Origin: Candidatus Dojkabacteria bacterium
Lineage (GTDB): Bacteria > Patescibacteriota > Dojkabacteria > J137
DNA: 64,000 bases
Assembly (NCBI GenBank): GCA_041750555.1
Contig: JBGSZB010000016.1
Coordinates: 19,725 to 83,724 of the forward strand
Direction: 5' to 3'
Part shown: positions 30,379 to 37,999 of the stretch, one piece after another
How the letters are laid out: every line of letters begins with the position of its first letter
Position numbering within the stretch: position 1 is the stretch's first letter
Position numbers and translations under genes: made by a program
Notes under the pieces: generated by a model
Told to the model about the DNA's origin: nothing
What the model saw: the letters and a program-made list of their open reading frames with translations, nothing else
Database searches by the model: none

Positions 30379-31536
30379 ATGAGATTATATAATACTTCTA
30401 TATTATTAAATACCCATATGAATATTAATAGCATTACCCCGACTTCTCAGGACTTTGAACCCAAAGTAGCAGATTACCGCAGATTTAATCTTGAACCTTA
30501 TCAAAAAAGAATAATTGATTTACGAAATAAATTAAATAGTGTTTATGATACTCTAAATAATCTTGTAAAAGACCCTGACTATGAAACTAAAGAAGTTTCG
30601 ATTGAAGACTATGAAGCTATTATTGAACATCTTAGATTACTTAATAATGAGTATGAAAAGTTAATAAAATACTTTACAAAAAGGAATGTTGCAAATTATT
30701 TGTATCCGCTTATTCTTCATGATTCTATTAAACCACTTTATACTCTTATACCTTATTTAGGTATGCTTACTTATGGTATAGATGATTACAAAGTTATTGT
30801 TAAAGAGAGCTTAGATTCCACTTTTACTAGTATAAGAACCTACTTAGATATCTTAGAGAAAATATCTACTTCTAATTTATTTGATACAAACCTCTCTTGC
30901 TTAGATCTAGCCAATGCACAAGGCTTAGATAGCACAGAAAGGGGAGGACTGTATCAAATCACATATAATGGGAAACTAAAAGAAATTGATTTAACAGACT
31001 TAAAAGGATTTTCGACACTTGAAATGTTTTTCCCAATCAATACAGCATTAATTAATGCTATACGAAGAGAAGATGTAACAAAGATAAAAATATCAGAAGT
31101 TCATGACGAAGCTACAGGAAATACGACATACTTAATTGCTGATAATTCACCAGTTAAATGGAATACCTCCCAAGATGAAACTCCTGAAGGATTTACAAAA
31201 CTGGCTATGGAAGCATATTTTTTAGGTATGGAATTCCCAGAATCTCCTGTTAAATCAGTATCGGGTGGTGCCCAAATGTCAATAGAACTTGCAGGTAAAA
31301 GAGATGCGAGATCAAATGATACTGATAAATCTTATCAATTAATAGAACAAAACCAAGTTGAGATAGAGTCTGCTAAAGCTGAGAATAAGTCACTTCATTT
31401 AGAACAATTTATTGGATATAAAGTTTTAGTATTAAAATTTAAGAAAGGTACACTAATAGTAGATTACCTATCTAAAAACCCTAAGAAGAATCAGGATACT
31501 GAAGCAGATGAAGAAGCTCTTATTGCTGCCGCCTAA
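30379..31536 (+). CDS. hypothetical protein
   Basis: 385 aa ORF, soluble, no motif recognised. Confidence 0.5.
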   Translation: MRLYNTSILLNTHMNINSITPTSQDFEPKVADYRRFNLEPYQKRIIDLRNKLNSVYDTLNNLVKDPDYETKEVSIEDYEAIIEHLRLLNNEYEKLIKYFTKRNVANYLYPLILHDSIKPLYTLIPYLGMLTYGIDDYKVIVKESLDSTFTSIRTYLDILEKISTSNLFDTNLSCLDLANAQGLDSTERGGLYQITYNGKLKEIDLTDLKGFSTLEMFFPINTALINAIRREDVTKIKISEVHDEATGNTTYLIADNSPVKWNTSQDETPEGFTKLAMEAYFLGMEFPESPVKSVSGGAQMSIELAGKRDARSNDTDKSYQLIEQNQVEIESAKAENKSLHLEQFIGYKVLVLKFKKGTLIVDYLSKNPKKNQDTEADEEALIAAA

Positions 31537-31569
31537 TTTGACAAAAAAAAATTACTTAATATATAATTT

Positions 31570-31607
31570 AGCAGGTGATACATTCACCTGCTATTTTACT
31601 TTTTAAT
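31570..31607 (+). terminator. probable intrinsic terminator (9-bp stem AGCAGGTGA/TCACCTGCT, loop TACAT, T-rich tail)
   Basis: Perfect inverted repeat followed by ATTTTACTTTTT; sits between ORF 30379-31536 and hsp20. Confidence 0.5.
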
Positions 31608-31616
31608 ATATATATT

Positions 31617-32051
31617 ATGAATAACAGAAGAATATCATTAATTAGACCATCACAAGTGTTTGATACATTCTTTGATGAGTTCTTTAATGCACCTAGTAGT
31701 AGTAACTTAAATACTGTATTTACAGATTCTATGGATGTAGATATGTATGAAGAAAAAGATAGTGTAGTAGTAGAAGCTAGAGTTCCTGGATTTAAAAAAA
31801 ATGATATTAATGTAAAGATAGAAGATAACATGTTAATTATTGAAGGTAGTAATAAACATGAAGAGGAAAGAAAGGATGGAAGGAAGTATCATATTAAAGA
31901 AGTAAGTTCTCAAAGTATTTATAGATCTATAATGCTTCCTCATAAGGTTGATTCTGATAAAACAGTAGCTGAATTTAAAAATGGTATATTAAAGATTATT
32001 ATGCCTAAAATGGGAGAAGGTAGAGCTAAGAGTATTTCAATTAATGAGTAA
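31617..32051 (+). CDS. Hsp20/alpha-crystallin small heat shock protein
   Basis: Alpha-crystallin domain (VDMYEEKDSVVVEARVPGFKKNDINV...GILKIIMPK). The ORF track starts at 31575; ATG 31617 is the likelier start because it lies after the terminator. Confidence 0.85.
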   Translation: MNNRRISLIRPSQVFDTFFDEFFNAPSSSNLNTVFTDSMDVDMYEEKDSVVVEARVPGFKKNDINVKIEDNMLIIEGSNKHEEERKDGRKYHIKEVSSQSIYRSIMLPHKVDSDKTVAEFKNGILKIIMPKMGEGRAKSISINE

Positions 32052-32083
32052 TTAAAATACTTCTTAAAAAAGATTGAAGTTAA

Positions 32084-32842
32084 TTAATCTCCCAAAGTTT
32101 TCTTTGGGAGATTTCTAATATTTCTAGTAGCGTGTTTAACTATCCATTTAGTATTTACATTATCACTTTTACTCCATTCATTAATTACTTTAATAGCATA
32201 ATCATAGTTATCTTTAAGCATATCATTTAAGTTATTAGCTACTGATTTTTTAACAAAGAGTATATTATCTTCTTTTAAATTATTTATTACACTTAATACT
32301 AATTCTGGATTTTTTATACTCTCATCTAATTTAAAGCTCCATGGTAATCTAGATCTAACTCCTTCACTAGCTAATCTTCTAATATGAAAGTTAGAGTCCA
32401 ATGACCATTTTTTCATTAAGTTATATGTTTTCTTTGGATATTTTTTTAAAAATGGTCTAATTGCATATTCTCCAGTATTTCTTTTAGTTAATTCATATAT
32501 TGCATTTATACTTTCATCATAGTGATCTAATCCGTAAAGAATAATAAAAGTACTAATAGGGAGTAACCAATAATATTCTTTAAACATTCCAGTTTCTTTT
32601 AAATTTTCATTACCCATTATACTTATTAATATCTTAATAGCTTTAGAATATTCTTTAGGTAAATGTTTATGTAATGCTTTAGCTATTAATTCAACTCTAC
32701 CACTGTATTCTAGGTCTAAGTATTCCCTAGCTATGTAATTAATAAATGAAGTAGTATTAAATTCTGGATATTCCTTTATTATCTTTAAAGATAAATCTAT
32801 AGCTAATTGTGTATCAAACCAATCTTTTACTTTTTTAGTCAT
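32084..32842 (-). CDS. DNA alkylation repair enzyme family (AlkC/AlkD-like HEAT-repeat glycosylase)
   Basis: HEAT-like repeats; WSLDSNFHIRRLASEGVR and KKSVANNLND motifs typical of PF08713. Confidence 0.55.
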   Translation of the reverse strand: MTKKVKDWFDTQLAIDLSLKIIKEYPEFNTTSFINYIAREYLDLEYSGRVELIAKALHKHLPKEYSKAIKILISIMGNENLKETGMFKEYYWLLPISTFIILYGLDHYDESINAIYELTKRNTGEYAIRPFLKKYPKKTYNLMKKWSLDSNFHIRRLASEGVRSRLPWSFKLDESIKNPELVLSVINNLKEDNILFVKKSVANNLNDMLKDNYDYAIKVINEWSKSDNVNTKWIVKHATRNIRNLPKKTLGD

Positions 32843-32843
32843 A

Positions 32844-33254
32844 CTATTTTATACTAATTTCTTTATTTAATACTAAACCAGCTAATCTTGCATATTCTTC
32901 AAAATCAGGTATTAACTTATCTTCTTCTATCATCTTGTCATAAATTCTTTGCGAAGCATATCCATAAAAACCAAATCTTTCGAATCTGAAATTTGATATT
33001 TTAACTTCCTTCCCATACCTCCATAATAGATAAAGTAATCTGTGATTGCCTTCAGCAGCAAAGAATCTCTTTTTACCATTAATATCTGTTACTTCTGTTA
33101 TTAAGATATCTGTACTTGATACATCTAATGTATTATTACTTGTTATAGGTCCTTCATCCCATAAATGATAAGGTTGTCCATTAAAAACTTTTTGTAAACT
33201 AAAACTTCTAGGTAAATCATGAGGAATTATATCCATTACTCTTATAGGTTCCAT
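32844..33254 (-). CDS. ParB/sulfiredoxin-like nuclease-domain protein
   Basis: FFAAEGNHRLLYL matches the ParB/Srx xxGxHRxxA motif; 136 aa. Confidence 0.4.
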   Translation of the reverse strand: MEPIRVMDIIPHDLPRSFSLQKVFNGQPYHLWDEGPITSNNTLDVSSTDILITEVTDINGKKRFFAAEGNHRLLYLLWRYGKEVKISNFRFERFGFYGYASQRIYDKMIEEDKLIPDFEEYARLAGLVLNKEISIK

Positions 33255-33313
33255 ATTTCTTAAACTAAATAGTTATATAATCTCATAAATATTGTATAAT
33301 TCAAATACCTTAA

Positions 33314-33403
33314 GGAGGGGTACCCAAGTGGCTCAAGGGGAGGGTTTGCTAAACCCTTAGTACGGAGTAATCCGTAGCGCAGGTTCGAATCCTGTTCCCT
33401 CCG
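33314..33403 (+). tRNA. tRNA-Ser (anticodon GCT)
   Basis: Acceptor GGAGGGG/TCCCTCC; anticodon stem GGGTT/AACCC with loop TTGCTAA; long variable arm (TTAGTACGGAGTAATCCGTAGC); T-arm GCAGGTTCGAATCCTGT; no encoded CCA. Confidence 0.85.
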
Positions 33404-33433
33404 TATTTTTCTAAAGACAGTTTAATTACCTAA

Positions 33434-34183
33434 ATGAGAAGACCCAGAGAAGATTTGATAGCTATTATAAATGATGCCAACTCATTATTGTACGATTCAT
33501 CAATTTATACAGTACTAGGGACAAATAACCCCTACGATGAGGTTTACGAAAATTTAACTGAAAAGGGATACTATCTTACTGCTTTCTCCGGCATGACGAT
33601 ACTAGGATTTTATTCAAGAATATTTTATATGATAAAACTATTTAAGCCTAAAGTATTATCTCCCAAACAAGTCAATGCACTAAATGAAATAAAGGAAATA
33701 GCTAAAAATAATAAAATTAAAGGACTTTGTTATATAAAAAATCCCGAATCTAATCTAACTAGTGATTTAGATCATTTTAGGAGTTTCATGAAGTACCTAT
33801 TGAATCAAGGATTGGATCTTGGATTAAACTCAAATAATTATGAATCTGCTTGGAAACAGTTTAGAAATACGATCGCTCATCTTGCTTTTCCAGGACTTCC
33901 AATCGGTGGGAAACATATACCTAAAGATGATAAGGATGCAATATTACGACTTGGACTACCTATATATGATGCCGAAAAAGCTTTTGATATACTTAGAAAA
34001 GGATCTAAACCAACAGATACTTTTACTTATACTGACGGTACGCTGCACCTAAACAGTTATGTTCTTATTTCATATATTCCTATAATTAGAAATCACTTAA
34101 TATCTATTGTAAATGATGTAAGTGAAGAGAAATGCCAATTTGCAATAGATGACTTAAAGGAAATCTGGAACAGACAAAAATAA
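33434..34183 (+). CDS. HEPN-like / Abi-like protein (RNxxAH motif)
   Basis: FRNTIAHLAF fits the Rx4-6H HEPN motif in the RNxxAH variant found in Abi_2/Swt1-type HEPN proteins; first gene after tRNA-Ser. Confidence 0.4.
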   Translation: MRRPREDLIAIINDANSLLYDSSIYTVLGTNNPYDEVYENLTEKGYYLTAFSGMTILGFYSRIFYMIKLFKPKVLSPKQVNALNEIKEIAKNNKIKGLCYIKNPESNLTSDLDHFRSFMKYLLNQGLDLGLNSNNYESAWKQFRNTIAHLAFPGLPIGGKHIPKDDKDAILRLGLPIYDAEKAFDILRKGSKPTDTFTYTDGTLHLNSYVLISYIPIIRNHLISIVNDVSEEKCQFAIDDLKEIWNRQK

Positions 34184-34277
34184 GAAATACACAAACAAAA
34201 TGCAATTTAGAAGATATTCTTAATAATTTGACCGGGACAATTTTTGTTTTATAATCACATATATTAATACATATAAC

Positions 34278-35219
34278 ATGACAAAACCTCTTTCAAAATT
34301 GGTTAAAGTAGAACTTAGGGAAGTATGGGGACATGAAGCTATAGATTTTACTAATTGGTTAGCAATGCAAGAGAATTTAGATATTTTAGGCAAAGAGATA
34401 GGAGTTGAGATTAAGCTTATAAAGACAGAGGCAAGTGTGGGTAAATTTAACGTTGATATATTAGCTGAAGAGGAGTCCTCTGGGAGAAAAATAATAATTG
34501 AAAATCAGCTCGAAGATACTAATCACGATCATTTAGGCAAAATTATTACTTATGCTTCAGGATATGACTCAGAAATTATTATATGGATTGTTAAAAATTT
34601 TAGAGACGAGCATAAGAAAGCAATTGAGTGGCTAAACGAGCATACAGATGAATCTATTAACTTCTTTTTAATAAAAGTTGAACTATGGCAAATAGATAAT
34701 TCATATCCAGCTCCAAAGTTCGAAATTATTTCAAATCCCAATGAGTGGGCTAAAGCAATTAAGACCATATCTCTTTCAGGTGAGTTAACGGAGACAAAAT
34801 TACAGCAACTAGGATTTTGGGATAAATTTAAAAATTATGTTAGGGAAAGAGATCAAAATATTAGGTTACAAACACCTCGACCTCAACATTGGTATGATGT
34901 AAGTATGGGAAGTTCTTATGGTCATGTTGCACTTACCTTAAATACTCGGGAGAACTTAATAGGATGTGAGGTCTATATCGATAGGAATAAAGATCTTTAT
35001 AAGTTCTTAATTGAAAAGAAAGAATTAATTGAAAGCGAAATTGGTGAATCTTTGAAGTGGGTCGATGCATCTGTAGCTTCAAGAATTAAAATAAAGAAAA
35101 AGATTTCAAACTTGTTCAATGATAATAGTAACGAAGAAAAATTTAAATGGATGTATGAAAAGACCATTCTTTTCCAAAAAGTTTTTATCAAACACTTTAA
35201 GGAATTTAAAAATGAATAA
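34278..35219 (+). CDS. DUF4268 family protein with N-terminal NucS/PD-(D/E)xK-like nuclease domain
   Basis: VELREVWGHEAIDFTNWL...VGKFNVDILAEEE...IIENQLEDTNHDHLGKIITYASG...EHKKAIEWLNEHT...FFLIKVELWQI is the stereotyped DUF4268 signature. Confidence 0.65.
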   Translation: MTKPLSKLVKVELREVWGHEAIDFTNWLAMQENLDILGKEIGVEIKLIKTEASVGKFNVDILAEEESSGRKIIIENQLEDTNHDHLGKIITYASGYDSEIIIWIVKNFRDEHKKAIEWLNEHTDESINFFLIKVELWQIDNSYPAPKFEIISNPNEWAKAIKTISLSGELTETKLQQLGFWDKFKNYVRERDQNIRLQTPRPQHWYDVSMGSSYGHVALTLNTRENLIGCEVYIDRNKDLYKFLIEKKELIESEIGESLKWVDASVASRIKIKKKISNLFNDNSNEEKFKWMYEKTILFQKVFIKHFKEFKNE

Positions 35220-35220
35220 T

Positions 35221-35760
35221 ATGACAATAGAAATAATCCAAGGTAACAAAGTAACTAATGAAGATTTAGAATTAATTAATAAATATAGAAAGATTAGATT
35301 ATCTAGAGATAGAGTATGGGATCATAAAATAAATAACGAATTCCATGATAGAACATTCTTTCTAGTTAGAGATAATAATCAATTAGTAGCATTTGGTACA
35401 TTAAGAGATATTAAGATATATATAAATGATATAGAAGTAACTATTAAAGGTATACAAGCAATAATATCAATAATACAAGGTATGGGTTATGGTAAATACT
35501 TAATGCAAAACATGATTAAATATGCAATTAATAATAATTTAATATTAATAGGATTTTGTGAAAGAAAGAATAAAGAATTTTATATTAAAAGTGGTTTAGA
35601 AGTATTTGAAGATAAAAACTTAAACTTTATATACATTAATGAAAAACTTGAAGAATATAGTGAAGAGGGAGATGTAATATATTATTCAAAGGAAAATAAC
35701 ATTGTAAGAGAAGCTATAGTTAGTAATATTAAGATTAAACACTTTATTCCCCATTGGTAA
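35221..35760 (+). CDS. GNAT-family N-acetyltransferase
   Basis: IQGMGYGKYLMQ resembles GNAT motif A (Q/RxxGxG/A). The track ORF (35119) overlaps the upstream gene; ATG 35212 or 35221 abuts its stop at 35217-35219. Confidence 0.55.
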   Translation: MTIEIIQGNKVTNEDLELINKYRKIRLSRDRVWDHKINNEFHDRTFFLVRDNNQLVAFGTLRDIKIYINDIEVTIKGIQAIISIIQGMGYGKYLMQNMIKYAINNNLILIGFCERKNKEFYIKSGLEVFEDKNLNFIYINEKLEEYSEEGDVIYYSKENNIVREAIVSNIKIKHFIPHW

Positions 35761-35831
35761 AACTGAATTTGTATTACAATACAATGCAATTATTTAAGAA
35801 TCATTGTATAAATAAATATTTAAATTTACAA

Positions 35832-36611
35832 ATGACCACACTTAGTTTATATATAGATGAGACTGGTAATGATAATCCTTTAAACAAGCAATCTGAATAC
35901 TATATTCTTTGTGGAATAGTTGTGTTAAAAGATAAACAAGAGGATTTAAAAATCTTATCTGATCAAATTAAATTCAAATATTGGAATCGAACTAATATTG
36001 TTTTCCACTCTATAGATATTCAGAGGAATCAAAAAGATTTTATTCTTTTTAATCAAAACCCAACTTTTAAAGATGAATTTTTAAAGGATTTATTCAAACT
36101 TTTGAATAGTGGTCCCTTCAAAATACTCTCCTGTGTAGTTAATAAAGATAAAGCAAGAGAAAAAGGATGGAATAGAGTAAAAGTTTTACAAGAAACATCT
36201 AAGTCACTTTTTAAAAACTATCTTGTACTTTTAACCTCAATTAAAAATACAAATGGAAGAATTATTGTAGAAGCTAGTAGTTCGGAGAAGGATATCTTTT
36301 ACCTAAAAGCCTTAAGTTATTTTTTAACAAATGGTATTTATAGTTTAAAAATAGACTCTTCTATGGTTAGATCTAGATTAACTTCAATTTCATTTGTTTC
36401 TAAGAAAAATAATGACATTGAAGAACAGATAGCTGATTTAATAGCATATGGAATAAAATGTTACCTTGAATATGAAAAAGGGGAAATATTTCATAAAAAC
36501 TCTTATGAATACAAAATCTTACAAGTCGTTAAGTCTAAACTATATTCAAAACCTTCAAACACAAGAAAGAATTTATTAAATGAAGTGAATCCTTTAGAAC
36601 TTATTATATAG
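35832..36611 (+). CDS. DUF3800 domain protein
   Basis: N-terminal LSLYIDETGN, the DUF3800 signature (YIDESG). The track start (TTG 35754) overlaps the GNAT stop; in-frame ATG at 35832. Confidence 0.6.
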   Translation: MTTLSLYIDETGNDNPLNKQSEYYILCGIVVLKDKQEDLKILSDQIKFKYWNRTNIVFHSIDIQRNQKDFILFNQNPTFKDEFLKDLFKLLNSGPFKILSCVVNKDKAREKGWNRVKVLQETSKSLFKNYLVLLTSIKNTNGRIIVEASSSEKDIFYLKALSYFLTNGIYSLKIDSSMVRSRLTSISFVSKKNNDIEEQIADLIAYGIKCYLEYEKGEIFHKNSYEYKILQVVKSKLYSKPSNTRKNLLNEVNPLELII

Positions 36612-36723
36612 ATATAAAAAAACGAGATTGAGCCTAAACGGTCTCGCCCTCGCCTTTTATAAGAATATTATATCACCACAAACTTTTCATTTCAAACAAT
36701 AAAAAATATAATATAATTCACTA

Positions 36724-37461
36724 ATGAACATCCTAGAAAAAATAAAAGATAAATTACTTAAAGATCAGAAATATACAATAGTATTCTTTGGAGATTCAAC
36801 AATTTCTACAGAGTGGGTACATCCTAATACAAGAGAGATAATAGAATATGTATTAAAAGACACGTTAGAAAAGACAATGCAAGATTGGAGACTCCCTAAT
36901 TGGAATATTAGATTTATAAATGCAGCACTAAATGGTGGATCAACTAAAGATTTCTTAAAATATATGGTTAGTGAAATAGATGATTATAAACCAGATATGG
37001 TTATATTAATTGGAGGAGATAATGATTTAGAAGATAATGAAATAATTGATGATATTCATGCTAATAACTTAAATAAAATACTTACATTTCTAAAAAGTAG
37101 AGTAGAGGATGTTGTATATGCAACAGCTCTATACCATGCATTAATACCTAATAGAAATACTAGATATCTAAAGTTTTTAGAAAAGATTAAGAATTTAGAA
37201 ATTCTAAAAAGTATTCACTTTATTAATTTATATGATTTTTTTAACTACGAAGAATCTAATAGATTCTTTACATTTAAATTATCTAAGGAAGAAGCATATT
37301 TATTTAATTTGAGAGAGGGAGATATTGATCCATCACATATGAATCAATTAGGACAAGCATATGTGGCCTCTAGAATATTAAAAGAAATATTTAATATTGA
37401 ATTTGATCCAGAGAAATATATTAAAACTAATAATTTAGGGTATAAATATCCAGAATATTAA
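36724..37461 (+). CDS. SGNH/GDSL-family hydrolase
   Basis: IVFFGDSTIS (block I GDS) and LIGGDNDL (block III). Confidence 0.7.
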   Translation: MNILEKIKDKLLKDQKYTIVFFGDSTISTEWVHPNTREIIEYVLKDTLEKTMQDWRLPNWNIRFINAALNGGSTKDFLKYMVSEIDDYKPDMVILIGGDNDLEDNEIIDDIHANNLNKILTFLKSRVEDVVYATALYHALIPNRNTRYLKFLEKIKNLEILKSIHFINLYDFFNYEESNRFFTFKLSKEEAYLFNLREGDIDPSHMNQLGQAYVASRILKEIFNIEFDPEKYIKTNNLGYKYPEY

Positions 37462-37551
37462 TAATCCCCATTGTTTAACTTCTCTAGAAGCTTAATTCCA
37501 ATTATTACGGATAAGTACTAAAATGTAGATATATTTTTAAAACATATATCT

Positions 37552-37953
37552 ATGAAAAAAGGGTTTTTTGCAAATATAGAGGAATTAACAATAAATAACT
37601 CTAACTTTAGACAAGTACTATACACTGGTAAATACTCCCAATTAGTATTAATGACTTTAAAGCCAGGAGAAGAAATTGGAATGGAAGTACATAATGGAAC
37701 AGATCAATTCTTTAGATTTGAAAGTGGAGAAGGTAAGGTAATTGTAAATGATAGTGAGTATATAGTTACAGATGGAGATTGTGTAGTAATACCAAGTGAT
37801 TGTAGCCATAACGTTATAAATACATCAAGTACAGTAGACTTAAAAATGTATACAATATATTCTCCATCACACCATAAGGATAAAGTAATACATCCAACAA
37901 AAACTGATGCATTAAATGACGATGAAGAGTTTGATAATGTTACCACTGAGTAA
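37552..37953 (+). CDS. cupin-domain protein
   Basis: GEEIGMEVHNGTDQFFRFESGEGKV...GDCVVIPSDCSHNVIN two-motif cupin signature. Confidence 0.7.
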   Translation: MKKGFFANIEELTINNSNFRQVLYTGKYSQLVLMTLKPGEEIGMEVHNGTDQFFRFESGEGKVIVNDSEYIVTDGDCVVIPSDCSHNVINTSSTVDLKMYTIYSPSHHKDKVIHPTKTDALNDDEEFDNVTTE

Positions 37954-37999
37954 TAATTATAGTTGTAGTGAGAATAATATTTTGCAATAATAGGCATGT

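Noticed and set aside
31570-31607. Inverted repeat AGCAGGTGA-tacat-TCACCTGCT upstream of hsp20 as a heat-shock operator (CIRCE/HAIR/CtsR)
   Set aside because: The sequence does not match CIRCE (TTAGCACTC-N9-GAGTGCTAA), HAIR or the CtsR consensus. It is followed by a T-rich tract, so a terminator for the upstream gene is the simpler reading. A dual role is not excluded.
37526-37552. AT-only palindrome TAGATATAT-ttttaaaac-ATATATCTA overlapping the cupin start codon
   Set aside because: It is composed purely of A/T in an AT-rich genome. Such dyads arise by chance at high frequency. It is not treated as a regulatory site without conservation evidence.
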